Origin: an uncultured cyanobacterium | GTDB taxonomy: Bacteria > Cyanobacteriota > Cyanobacteriia > Cyanobacteriales > CAWUOF01 | Assembly: GCA_963744145.1 (NCBI GenBank) | Contig: CAVUSO010000001.1 | Coordinates: forward strand, 3,488,001 to 3,552,000 | Length of the DNA: 64,000 nt | Direction of reading: 5' to 3' | Part shown: positions 51,727 to 63,415 of the stretch, piece by piece | Layout of the letters: each line of letters opens with the position of its first letter | Position numbering within the stretch: the stretch's first letter is position 1 | Notes under the pieces: generated by a model | Told to the model about the DNA's origin: nothing | What the model saw: the letters and a program-made list of their open reading frames with translations, nothing else | The model's database searches: none | Program-made: the position numbers and the translations under genes

Positions 51727-52159
51727 TTGCTCTGTAATACTCCTTCATCCACTCTTTCTTGATAACTTCTTCAGAAGGTGCATCCGGAGGGATATCCCCT
51801 CTAGCCATATTCCAAGGAGCCTCAGCGTGAGTCATCTGCTCTAGTTCATAAGCGTCACAAGCAAAATACTCTTTGGCAACTTCCTCAAGAAATTGAGAAA
51901 CATTTTCAGGTAATTGAGGGGTAGCTTTTTCGAGAATTGGCTGCCATCCAAAAGATTTATATTTTTGGTATAAAGGCGGAATTATTGGCCCATGCACCCA
52001 AGCATGAAAATCTTCTTGAAAGAGAGGCTCTTCGTGGAGTGCGAGATACCAAGCTTGAGCATAGTAAACCAGTTTCTGAAGCTTTAAGTTACTTATGAAT
52101 GAGCCAGTTTCATTCGCTAGCCAAATAAAGTAGTCTGCTATGTCAAAGCAGGATAGCAT
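51710..52159 (-). CDS. Panacea-domain (DUF4065/SocA-like) antitoxin
   Basis: LKLQKLVYYAQ, AWVHGP, THAEAPW. Confidence 0.9.
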   Translation of the reverse strand: MLSCFDIADYFIWLANETGSFISNLKLQKLVYYAQAWYLALHEEPLFQEDFHAWVHGPIIPPLYQKYKSFGWQPILEKATPQLPENVSQFLEEVAKEYFACDAYELEQMTHAEAPWNMARGDIPPDAPSEEVIKKEWMKEYYRASVEED

Positions 52160-52254
52160 TAAACTTACCTCCTTGATTACAATATCTTAATAAAACCTAA
52201 TGCTTACCTAAACAGTTAGTATAGCTCTTGGGATTAAATTCTGGTTGATAAAAT

Positions 52255-53436
52255 ATGTTTAACATTCCTAAGCAAATTGCCGACTGGCTAGAAACTCATT
52301 GGGTGAATCCAGCTTACTCAGGATGGTTGCTGTTAATATTGGCCATCTTCTTTTTTGGAGCCGCTACTAATACTATGGCTGGTTGGCTTTATACTATCAG
52401 TGGGATCAGTTTAGCAATTTTGGCGATCGCTGCAATTTTACCACCCCGATCGCTCCGAGAACTCCGAGTGAAAAGAGCGCCGATCGCACCGGTAAGTGTG
52501 GGAGACCAACTGACGATAGAGATCAAAATTGAAAATCCGAGTAATCAACTTAAAACTCTACTGCAAATTGAAGATATTCTTCCCTATGTATTAACTAAAA
52601 ATAGTCATACCCCATCAGTTCAACAAACCGCGATCGAAACTATTCCCCCGGTCAACCATTACCAATGGACTTACTATCAACCTACCCAACAGCGAGGTAT
52701 TTATCGCTGGCAACAAGTTGAACTAAAAACAGCTACTCCCTTAGGATTATTCTGGTGTCGTCGTTCTCGAAATGTGCCAGCGATCGCGATCGTCTATCCT
52801 ACGGTTTTACCGCTAGCCCAATGTCCTTTAATTGATGATATCGGGGGAGAACATAGTCCACAATTTTTTCAGCGAGATCGACAATCCCAGACAGAAACAG
52901 AAGGAATAACTCGCACATTGCGTCCCTATCGGTGGGGTGATCCATTTCGATTAATTCATTGGAAAACCAGTGCCCGTTATGGTGAATTAAGAGTTAGGGA
53001 GTTAGAAATATTTACAGGTGGTCAAGAAATAACTATTTGTCTTGATAGTAGCAATCTATGGGAACCAGAAGATTTTGAACAAGCAGTAATCGCTGCTGCT
53101 TCTCTATATTTTTATGCTAGTCGAAATCAACTCCAACCCAACTTATGGACAGCTAGCACTGGCTTAGTATATGGTCATCAAGTCGTCCTAGAAACCTTAG
53201 CAGGTGTTAATCAAGCAGAAGAAATCAACAAAGATAGACTACCCCCAAGACAACCTTTAATCTGGCTAACTCAAAATTCCGATACTATTAGTTCTTTACC
53301 CAAAGGTAGTCGCTGGGTACTTTGGCCCAAAGAAATCAGCACCTTACCACCAGCAAAGATCCTGACTGGTGATTACCCAGGGTTAACTATTCAAGATGAA
53401 ACACCCCTAAAAATACAACTCCAATCAGTTCATTGA
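52255..53436 (+). CDS. DUF58 domain protein
   Basis: RGIY, PLGLF, LRPYRWGDP.R.IHWKTSAR. Confidence 0.9.
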   Translation: MFNIPKQIADWLETHWVNPAYSGWLLLILAIFFFGAATNTMAGWLYTISGISLAILAIAAILPPRSLRELRVKRAPIAPVSVGDQLTIEIKIENPSNQLKTLLQIEDILPYVLTKNSHTPSVQQTAIETIPPVNHYQWTYYQPTQQRGIYRWQQVELKTATPLGLFWCRRSRNVPAIAIVYPTVLPLAQCPLIDDIGGEHSPQFFQRDRQSQTETEGITRTLRPYRWGDPFRLIHWKTSARYGELRVRELEIFTGGQEITICLDSSNLWEPEDFEQAVIAAASLYFYASRNQLQPNLWTASTGLVYGHQVVLETLAGVNQAEEINKDRLPPRQPLIWLTQNSDTISSLPKGSRWVLWPKEISTLPPAKILTGDYPGLTIQDETPLKIQLQSVH

Positions 53437-53541
53437 TATATCCAGGGGGAATCTGAACGGGTTGGAGATTAAAATTAGCTTCTGATTGGGTCATTTTAAC
53501 CTGATTAATAAATAATTGCAAATTTCCAGTTTTTATTAATA

Positions 53542-54057
53542 TTAAACAGTTGCAGTAGCAAGAAAATCTTGGATTGCTTTCATTCCTGATGCTGACGGGT
53601 GGGAACGTGGATGAATTTCCTTGAGCCAATTTGTTGCTTCCCAAATTTCTAAATTATGATAGCGACATAAATATGCAATACAAACTGTGGGAGAGCGCTC
53701 AATTCCAGCTAAACAATGCACGTATATTGGTTGATGATTTTCTAAATGATGTCTAATTATTTCTACTACTTGATTAATTTGCTCACCGGTAATTTCTGTT
53801 TCATAATAACTATCAGGTAAAACGTATCTAATACAGTGAAAATTTTGAGCAACTTGATCTGGTAGGTTTCCTTCGGAAGGATGACACAAAGAGAGAATTA
53901 CTTGAATATTGGCTTCACCTAATGGGATATCTGCACCAGAACGTGGTAAACTACCTACTGCTAGTTGTCCGGGAATTACCCAATTAATCGATTGTTGAGT
54001 AGGAGGTGAAGCAGATTGTCCTTGGGGAGGAAATAGTTTTTTGATTAGATGTAACAC
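53542..54057 (-). CDS. Dual-specificity protein phosphatase
   Basis: VHCLAGIERS (HCX5R); GTG start. Confidence 0.9.
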   Translation of the reverse strand: MLHLIKKLFPPQGQSASPPTQQSINWVIPGQLAVGSLPRSGADIPLGEANIQVILSLCHPSEGNLPDQVAQNFHCIRYVLPDSYYETEITGEQINQVVEIIRHHLENHQPIYVHCLAGIERSPTVCIAYLCRYHNLEIWEATNWLKEIHPRSHPSASGMKAIQDFLATATV

Positions 54058-54136
54058 CTGATGTTTACTTGCTCCTGGAGCTAATTTGAGTTAACACTTA
54101 TATTGTCGCAATTAATTGCTCAATAGTTCCACATAC

Positions 54137-54919
54137 TTAGAGAGAAAATTCCGCGATCGCTGGGGTATGGTCACTCGGTTTACTCAGTTGACGAGGGGAT
54201 TTATCAATGGTGCAGCTAATACATTTTTCATATAGATTAGCACTCAGATAGTGATGATCGATCCGCCATCCTTTGTTACGCTCAAAAGCACGAGCCCGAT
54301 AATCCCACCAACTAAAATATCCTCCCTCGGTGGTAAATTTCCGAAAAGCATCCTGTAACCCTAAGTTTAGCAGTTCTTGTAAGGCTTGACGTTCTGGTTC
54401 TGAAGCCATAACTGAGTTTTTAGCAATAGTTGGGTTATGAATATCCCGATCATCTGGAGCAATATTAAAATCTCCGCATATACATAAATCTGGATTTTTG
54501 TCAAGGCTAATTTTTAAATATTCACCCAGATGGTTTAACCAGTTTAATTTATAAATATATTTATCACTACCGACTTCGGCACCATTGGGAACATAAACAT
54601 TAATAATGCGAATCCCATTACAAGTACCAGCGATTAACCGTTTTTGTTCTTCATAATCATTATCACCGATAATTGATGCAAATCCCAGACTTAGATTAGT
54701 TAATGGTGTCTGACTGAGAATAGCGACACCATTATAAGATTTTTGTCCAAATACATAGACATGATAACCTAAATCTTGGAGAGGTGACATGGGAAAATCA
54801 GCATCTACGACTTTGGTTTCTTGGAGACAGAGGACATCAACTGGATTTGTTTGTAACCATTGACTGACTTGTTCTAAACGAGTACGGATTGAATTAACAT
54901 TCCAGGTAGCAATTTTCAT
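54137..54919 (-). CDS. xth: Exodeoxyribonuclease III
   Basis: WNVNS, LQETK, GDFN, RIDH, SDH. Confidence 0.95.
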   Translation of the reverse strand: MKIATWNVNSIRTRLEQVSQWLQTNPVDVLCLQETKVVDADFPMSPLQDLGYHVYVFGQKSYNGVAILSQTPLTNLSLGFASIIGDNDYEEQKRLIAGTCNGIRIINVYVPNGAEVGSDKYIYKLNWLNHLGEYLKISLDKNPDLCICGDFNIAPDDRDIHNPTIAKNSVMASEPERQALQELLNLGLQDAFRKFTTEGGYFSWWDYRARAFERNKGWRIDHHYLSANLYEKCISCTIDKSPRQLSKPSDHTPAIAEFSL

Positions 54920-54961
54920 TGAGGTTATTAGTTAACTAGGGAGTGCGATATACCTTTAATA

Positions 54962-55074
54962 GCGTTGCTGATTTACGGTATGAATAAATTTGTAGGAGCG
55001 CAAGAGCCATATAGAGGGCGCAAGAGCCATACGCCCCTACGGGATTTTCCAATTAGATCATACCCTGATTAAGC
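54962..55074. mobile_element. MITE-like repeat, inverted relative of 5102-5192
   Basis: GCGTTGCTGATTTACGGTATGAATAAAT...CCATACGCCCC...ATACCCTGATTAAGC. Confidence 0.72.
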
Positions 55075-55374
55075 GTGAAGGGGCGCAAGATCTCTTGCGC
55101 CCACTGGTGTATAGTTATTGCTCTCCAGCTCGTCACCACATCATATTCTGTGTCCGGACAGTCAAGTAGCTTAACTACTGTTAATCCTGAAACTGTTACT
55201 GGGCAATAGGTTCAGGATTGTTAAGAAAGATGTGACTAATGGATAGCCTAAAAGGAAAGGAGATTGGGGGGTTAGGTCGATCTTGTCATCAGATTCAGAA
55301 TGGGTCTGGCAAATTTAACTCTAAAGATGTGATCAGTGACAAAGGTTGATTGTTAACTGATATGTCACAATTAA

Positions 55375-57051
<1,677 letters not shown>

Positions 57052-57104
57052 CAATATTCTGGCATCGCTTAATTAGCTAAAGTCAGGGGAGGTGAATAGA
57101 TTTT

Positions 57105-57524
57105 GTGTCCTATTGGGTGAAAATAATTTATGATCGGAATATTTATGCCATCGATCTAGACCGGATCGGTGCTTTTTCTGCTTCCCCTAGTGGTAAGATT
57201 ACTTTTTGGTTACCAGATAGTAAAACTTCGATCGTCATTACTGCACATAGTAACCCCCAAGCTTATCAACAGATCCAAGAGTATATCAATAAGATTACTA
57301 ATTATACTCTTGGTAATTATTGGCTCAAATTGACTTACGATCGGGATGAATATATGATTGATTTGAATCGGATTGGTGCATTTTCCCTAGCACCAAGCGG
57401 TAAACTAACTTTTTGGATATCTGATAGTGGTAATCCCATCATTATTCATCCCCAGGGTAATGCGGAAGCTTATCAAAAAATCATCGATTATGTCGAAAAA
57501 ACAACTGGATATTCTCTGCTTTAA
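57105..57524 (+). CDS. Hypothetical protein of two tandem ~70-aa repeats
   Basis: YW.K..YDR..Y.IDL.RIGAFS..PSGK.TFW occurs twice; GGAGG RBS. Confidence 0.8.
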   Translation: MSYWVKIIYDRNIYAIDLDRIGAFSASPSGKITFWLPDSKTSIVITAHSNPQAYQQIQEYINKITNYTLGNYWLKLTYDRDEYMIDLNRIGAFSLAPSGKLTFWISDSGNPIIIHPQGNAEAYQKIIDYVEKTTGYSLL

Positions 57525-58417
57525 CTGTTACTACTAATTAATTGCCATGCTAATTTAGCAGCACCAACTATTCCTGCTTGGTTACCTAATTGTGCGGGTA
57601 ATATTTGCAATCCCACCCGAGAAGTAGGCAGTACCCTTTGCTCAATGGTAGACTGAACTGCGGGTAAGAAAAACTCTGCACTAGCACCGATTCCACCACC
57701 AATGATGATTGCTTCTGGGGTGAGGACATAGAGGAGACTAGCTAAACCAGCACCAAGATGATGTCCATAGATTTCCCAAAATTCTAACGCGGTGGGATTA
57801 CCAATTTTGGCTAAATGACCAAGTTCCTCTGGACCCATTCCGGTCCGACGACGGATCGCTGGAGCTGAAACAAATTGCTCTAATGACCCGCGATTACCAC
57901 TATGACATTCTGGACCGTAAAGGTCTAAGGTAATTAATCCCAGTTCTCCTGCTGCACCATGATGACCAACAAATAATTTACCATCCAGAATAATTGCACC
58001 ACCAACTCCAGTTCCTAATGTCAGTAAGATCAAATTGCGAAACTGACGACCTGCTCCTAACCAAACTTCTCCTAATCCCGCACAATTACCATCATTTCCT
58101 AAAGTCGTGCGACGTTCGGTTTTTGTTTCCAACCATTCAGCTAAAGGGACATCATGCCATTGGGCCAAATTAATCGCAACTTGAGCGATTCTACCACTAG
58201 CATCAACGGGACCGGGAGTACCTACCCCGATCGCACTGCTTTTTTTGTCTGGATCAAGTTGAGCGATCGCATCTACAATCGTTGTGAGAACTGCATTTGG
58301 TGTCGCTGGTTGAGGAGTGGGTACAGTTAAATCTCCCAGACAGTTACCATCCTGGTTAAATCGACCCAGTTTGATCGCTGTTCCCCCTAAATCAATCCCG
58401 ATTACTTCCGCTTCCAT
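57521..58417 (-). CDS. ROK family sugar kinase (glucokinase-like)
   Basis: GIDLGGT, NDGN, TLGTGVGG, GELG. Confidence 0.92.
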   Translation of the reverse strand: MEAEVIGIDLGGTAIKLGRFNQDGNCLGDLTVPTPQPATPNAVLTTIVDAIAQLDPDKKSSAIGVGTPGPVDASGRIAQVAINLAQWHDVPLAEWLETKTERRTTLGNDGNCAGLGEVWLGAGRQFRNLILLTLGTGVGGAIILDGKLFVGHHGAAGELGLITLDLYGPECHSGNRGSLEQFVSAPAIRRRTGMGPEELGHLAKIGNPTALEFWEIYGHHLGAGLASLLYVLTPEAIIIGGGIGASAEFFLPAVQSTIEQRVLPTSRVGLQILPAQLGNQAGIVGAAKLAWQLISSNS

Positions 58418-58455
58418 ATTAAATTCTTGTTTAAATCCACCAGAAAATTATATTG

Positions 58456-59340
58456 CTAATCCCGTTGCCGAAGTTTAGGATTAACAAACTCATTCAATCC
58501 TTCTCCCACAAAAGACAATCCGACTACCATTAAAGTCATTGCTAAACCTGGAAAGAGAGCTGTCCACCAAATTCCGGTCGGTAGAGCTTCTAGTGCTAGA
58601 CGTAAATCATGTCCCCATTCTGGACTTTCTTCGGGAAGTCCTAATCCCAGAAATCCTAATCCTCCCAGGGTAAGAATTGCATCTGCGGCGTTCAGGGTGA
58701 ATAAAACTGGTACACTTTGAATCACATTCAGAAATAAATACCGAGATAGGACAGTCCAAGTCGATGCTCCCATCGCTCGAGCTGCTTCAATAAATAGTTC
58801 GGTTTTGATACTGACCGTATGATTTCTGACTACTCGATAATATTGGGGGATATAGGAAATACTCAGCGCGATCGCTGCATTTAATACTCCGCGACCCACT
58901 ACAAAAGCGAGGGTAATGGACAGTAATAGTCCTGGGAGAGTATAGGTAGTGTCCATTAAGAATAGTAAAAATCGATCTAATTTACCACCCAAATAACCAC
59001 TGGTTAATCCCAGGGGAACACCAAATAATATACTAAAGGCGGTAGCGAGGATGACTACTTTAAAAGCTGCTTGAGTCCCAAACATAGTCCGAGCAAATAC
59101 ATCATAACCCAGGTTAGTGGTGCCGAACCAATGTTGGGATGAGGGGGGTTGATGGATGGGGTTATCGAGAAATTCGGTGGGATTTTGCACCCATCCCCAA
59201 CTTTGAAAATTAGGGGTCAAGAGCGCGATTAGTAAGAAGATGATGGTGATGACTAATCCGATTCGCATCATCTGAATGGAAATATTCGCGCGATCGGCAA
59301 AATTCAATAATCCGGATAATCTTGGTTTAGTCAATGTCAT
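58456..59340 (-). CDS. DppC/OppC-type ABC transporter permease
   Basis: HWFGT...G.D, EAARAMGA, FLGLG...PEWG. Confidence 0.92.
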   Translation of the reverse strand: MTLTKPRLSGLLNFADRANISIQMMRIGLVITIIFLLIALLTPNFQSWGWVQNPTEFLDNPIHQPPSSQHWFGTTNLGYDVFARTMFGTQAAFKVVILATAFSILFGVPLGLTSGYLGGKLDRFLLFLMDTTYTLPGLLLSITLAFVVGRGVLNAAIALSISYIPQYYRVVRNHTVSIKTELFIEAARAMGASTWTVLSRYLFLNVIQSVPVLFTLNAADAILTLGGLGFLGLGLPEESPEWGHDLRLALEALPTGIWWTALFPGLAMTLMVVGLSFVGEGLNEFVNPKLRQRD

Positions 59341-59420
59341 TTATAACCCAATACGGTTTAGTTAACTGTAGCGCGATCGCCCTGCTTTTTCTGCTGATCT
59401 CCAAATCTGACAATTTTCAC

Positions 59421-60551
59421 TTAATCGTCTAATTTTTGTAAAGTCATACAAAAAGCATGTTGGGCAATTACCTGAGTAGTGATACTTTCAGGTAGAGTCG
59501 AATTATTGATTTCTTTAAATTTATTTTTCAAAATTTTAGCAATATCAATTTTATCATTAATCCATACTCGATCTGATGGAAAACATCGATGATGGGAATT
59601 GACAATGTAAAAATATCCTCCAGTTTTTAAAGCATAATTAATGCGATTTATTTCAAGATGAGGATCTAAACAATGTTGAATTACCCAAATACTATAGGCG
59701 TGGTTTACTTTTAAGCCATTGGTAATCATTCTATCTAAAGAGGTCGGCGAACAGGCTATAAATTTGGGAGAGTTGATATAGCTGATCGCTAATTGCAACA
59801 TCTGATTACTGATATCAACTCCCAAAACTGTACAATCATAAATAGCAATAATTTCCTTAGCTAAACGACCGATTCCACAGCCATAATCTAGAACAATATC
59901 GGTCGATTTAAGTTTTAGTTCTTTGCCTAATTGATCAACTAAATAAGGTGTTTCCTTTTCCCACCTTTCTTCAGTAGATGTACCTCGTTCTGGGGTTAAA
60001 ATAATGCTCTTTGCATCGGCGATGTTATTTACATAAAATACCTCTGGTCTATACATAGAAGCCAGGATTTCAGAATTGAGAAGAGAGCCTACTTTTGAAT
60101 TTAATTGAGGGCATTCTGCTTGAATTTCAAATGTTCTTTTCCAGAGGTTAATTACGTCATCTACTCTCTCTTGTTGAATGAACATTTTTGTCAAACTTTC
60201 ATAGGTTGCTTCGTGGCAAAGATTCTGGTCTAAAATTTGCCAAAAAATCTGCTCTGCTTGGATAAATTTGCCGATATTTTGGTAACTTTGAGCGTTTGTA
60301 TATAAAAATTCTATTAGTTCATTACTCCAGGTTTCTATTTGGGTTGAACTACCTGTAGCTATCACTGATAACCAAGTAGCTTGTGCTTCTACTTCTCTCC
60401 CTTCTAGTAAAAGTGCTAACCCCAAATACCAATAATTAGCTCTAACCGTAGGATCGGATTCAATTCCCTGTTCATAGAGAGCGATCGCATCTAGATATTT
60501 TTCTTCTTGGAAATATTCAGCGGCTTGTTTTTCTAAGTCGATAGATTCCAT
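59421..60551 (-). CDS. TPR + class I SAM-dependent methyltransferase
   Basis: YWYLGLALLL TPR cap; VLDYGCGIGR, GVDIS. Confidence 0.85.
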   Translation of the reverse strand: MESIDLEKQAAEYFQEEKYLDAIALYEQGIESDPTVRANYWYLGLALLLEGREVEAQATWLSVIATGSSTQIETWSNELIEFLYTNAQSYQNIGKFIQAEQIFWQILDQNLCHEATYESLTKMFIQQERVDDVINLWKRTFEIQAECPQLNSKVGSLLNSEILASMYRPEVFYVNNIADAKSIILTPERGTSTEERWEKETPYLVDQLGKELKLKSTDIVLDYGCGIGRLAKEIIAIYDCTVLGVDISNQMLQLAISYINSPKFIACSPTSLDRMITNGLKVNHAYSIWVIQHCLDPHLEINRINYALKTGGYFYIVNSHHRCFPSDRVWINDKIDIAKILKNKFKEINNSTLPESITTQVIAQHAFCMTLQKLDD

Positions 60552-60581
60552 AATCCCTCCATAGTGATTGATTTGAGTTTG

Positions 60582-61754
60582 TTAAATTGGTGATTTTTGC
60601 GCTCTTAAATATTCTTTAATTACCTCTAGATTAGATTGAGCATCTGCACAATTAGCATCAAAGGACAAAGCTAATTGAAATGCTGCTAATGCTTCGGTAA
60701 TCCGATTTAATTTGAGATAAGCCAATCCTAAACCACAAGCTGGAGATGTGGTCATAAAACTCTTTTCAAAAGGTTCCCCTTGATAATAACTCATAGTTCT
60801 ACCTAATTGAATACATTGCTCAAAATAAGCGATCGCACCCAGGGGAAACCCTAAATCTAATAACAGACAACCTGCTAAATAAACTAGGGGTGGAAATTCT
60901 CCACACCATTCTAAACCCCGCTGACTGAGTAAAATTACTGTTTCATAATCTTTTTGTTGTTTTGCTTCCATTCCCAAACTAAACAGTAAGGAGGGTACAA
61001 ATACAAATTCTGTCGGTGGTGTTCCCTCCATCAAATTGGGAAATAAGCGATCGTATGCTTCATTGTAGCATTGTTGTGATTTTTCTGGTTGCTCAATATC
61101 CCGATAACTTCCCGCTAGACCGTAAAGCAGTTTTAAACTGAGATTACCCTGTTGTCTCATCTTTTCCAGAATCGGGATATCTCGGTTGAGCAGTTTTTGT
61201 AATCTCTGTTGCTCTGTAAATTTACCATAACCAACAATTTTAATTTCCTCTAGGTACCTCCAACAATTTGCTGGAAAACTTTGACCGTAATATCTGATTT
61301 CTTCGTGGAGACAATTGACATATTTAATTTCGGGTAAATTGCGAAATAATTTGACTGTATAAAAAGAAGTCGCATTTGGTAAATCAGCTTCTAACCTCAG
61401 CAGAGAATAAGCTAGAATTTCTGGATGAGAATTTAATTGCTCCCCCAGGTTAGATGAATCAATTACTATTGTTTCATCTGCATCTAATACTAAAATCCAC
61501 TTTCCCGATGCGAGGGAAAGAGAATAGTTCCGAGCAGCAGCAAAATCATCACACCATTGAAATGTATCAACTTTTGCCCCATATTCAGCCGCAATCTTCG
61601 GTGTTCCATCTTCAGATCCTGTATCTACCACTATGATTTCATCAACGTAGGGTTTAGCACTAGTTAGACAGCGAGCTAAATTCTTTTTTTCATTTTTGAC
61701 AATCATACAGAGAGATAAAAAAGGCTGAGATCGTTCTGCTAATTTTTGCTTCAT
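60582..61754 (-). CDS. GT2 glycosyltransferase with TPR repeats
   Basis: SLCMIVKNE, VDTGSED, DFAAARN, LDADE. Confidence 0.9.
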   Translation of the reverse strand: MKQKLAERSQPFLSLCMIVKNEKKNLARCLTSAKPYVDEIIVVDTGSEDGTPKIAAEYGAKVDTFQWCDDFAAARNYSLSLASGKWILVLDADETIVIDSSNLGEQLNSHPEILAYSLLRLEADLPNATSFYTVKLFRNLPEIKYVNCLHEEIRYYGQSFPANCWRYLEEIKIVGYGKFTEQQRLQKLLNRDIPILEKMRQQGNLSLKLLYGLAGSYRDIEQPEKSQQCYNEAYDRLFPNLMEGTPPTEFVFVPSLLFSLGMEAKQQKDYETVILLSQRGLEWCGEFPPLVYLAGCLLLDLGFPLGAIAYFEQCIQLGRTMSYYQGEPFEKSFMTTSPACGLGLAYLKLNRITEALAAFQLALSFDANCADAQSNLEVIKEYLRAQKSPI

Positions 61755-61759
61755 TTTCC

Positions 61760-63415
61760 TTAAGTTGTTATTTTTTGAAGAGCTATGATTACTTGTGCAA
61801 AGACCCCAACCCAATCACCTAGATGTTCCTGACGAAATAAACGCATACTAGGATACCACGGACTGTCTTCACGCTCAAGTAGCCATCGCCAATCAGCAGC
61901 AAAACATAGTAATAACCATACTGGTTTTCCCAGAGCCCCAGTTAAATGAGCAACAGCGGTATCAACAGTAATGACTAAGTCAAGTTGGGAGATAATTTCA
62001 GCTGTATCAGCAAAGTCACCTAGAACAGGACTTAAATCTTGGATTATGTCTGAGGAAAATTGAGCTAATTCTGTTACAGGAGGTCCTTTTTGCAAGGAAA
62101 AAAAGGCAATATTTGGGATGTGGAAGAGTGCTTGAAAATCTTGCAGGGAACAGGAACGATAGCGATCGCTTTTATTAGTCGGACTACCAGCCCAAACAAT
62201 TCCTACTTTAAGTTTAGCATTTTTAGGCATTTCTAGTTTTAAATTTAGAGGTTCTTTTACACTTAGGTAGGGAATTGCTTGCGGTACTGTTGTGAGGGTC
62301 GTTCCAAATATTCTTGGTAAACTCATTAGTGGGACATGAACATCAAACTGAGGTAAATCAGCTCCTCTCGGAACTACCTGATCAATTCCAGGACAATTTA
62401 TGAGTAATCGAAATAGTGGTTGTTGACACTCAAAAACTACCATACCTCCACCAGCTTTTACCATCGGTGCATAGCGAATAAATTGAATTGTATCACCAAA
62501 ACCTTGTTCAGCATGAAGTAATATGGTGCGATCGGCAAGGTTTGAACCATCCCAGAGTGGTTGAGGAAAAGAACGGGGTTGATTTTCTTTCATATAAATG
62601 CGCCATTCATATTCAGTAAATCCCCGTTCAAATTCCCCCATCTTTAATAATATCATTCCCAAATTTCGATGAGCTTGCGCCCAATTTGGATTAATTTTAA
62701 TTGCTTGATTGCAAAAATCTATACCTTTTACTAATTCCCCCTGAGCAGCGACGATCATGCCCATATTATGGTAAGATTTAGCATGATTTGGATCAATTTT
62801 AATAGCTTTTTGATAGAATTCGATCGCCTCTTCTAATTTACCTTGCTGCTCAAAAACCACACCCATATTATAATAAGGTTGAACAATATTTGGATCAATC
62901 TCCGTCGCTTTTTGATAGCAAATTAGGGCGGATTCAAATTGATTTTGTTTCTCAAAAACTATTCCTTGATTATTATAAGCCATGAAAAAATCCGGGTCGA
63001 GATTAATCGCTTGCTCATAAGAACTAAGCGCAGCTTCAAATTGGTTTTGTGCTAATAAAATATTGCCGAGCTTATTATATATTTTCGGTAGTTCTGGGTT
63101 GAATTCAAGAATTTGCCGATAGATGATTTCCGCTTGGGGAAACTTACTTATTGCTTGCAAATTGGTGGCTTCTGTATCCAATAAATCAATCAATTCGACT
63201 GTCCAGGTTTCCAGTTCCTTTCCCGTCCCTTGGAGCATAATTGACCACCACAATTCTTGCGCTAGGGATTCTTTTCCTTGGAGCAAATATACTAATCCTA
63301 ATCGCCAATAATTATCTCGCTCGATGGGATAATTTTCAATACATTGTTGATATATAGCGATCGCTTCATCGTATTTTTCTTCAGCCAAATATTGGGCTGC
63401 TTCTTTACTGATCAT
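61760..63415 (-). CDS. TPR protein with GT9-like glycosyltransferase domain
   Basis: TPR array, EYEWR, EQGFGDTIQF, DLVITVDTAVAHL, SPWYP. Confidence 0.9.
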   Translation of the reverse strand: MISKEAAQYLAEEKYDEAIAIYQQCIENYPIERDNYWRLGLVYLLQGKESLAQELWWSIMLQGTGKELETWTVELIDLLDTEATNLQAISKFPQAEIIYRQILEFNPELPKIYNKLGNILLAQNQFEAALSSYEQAINLDPDFFMAYNNQGIVFEKQNQFESALICYQKATEIDPNIVQPYYNMGVVFEQQGKLEEAIEFYQKAIKIDPNHAKSYHNMGMIVAAQGELVKGIDFCNQAIKINPNWAQAHRNLGMILLKMGEFERGFTEYEWRIYMKENQPRSFPQPLWDGSNLADRTILLHAEQGFGDTIQFIRYAPMVKAGGGMVVFECQQPLFRLLINCPGIDQVVPRGADLPQFDVHVPLMSLPRIFGTTLTTVPQAIPYLSVKEPLNLKLEMPKNAKLKVGIVWAGSPTNKSDRYRSCSLQDFQALFHIPNIAFFSLQKGPPVTELAQFSSDIIQDLSPVLGDFADTAEIISQLDLVITVDTAVAHLTGALGKPVWLLLCFAADWRWLLEREDSPWYPSMRLFRQEHLGDWVGVFAQVIIALQKITT

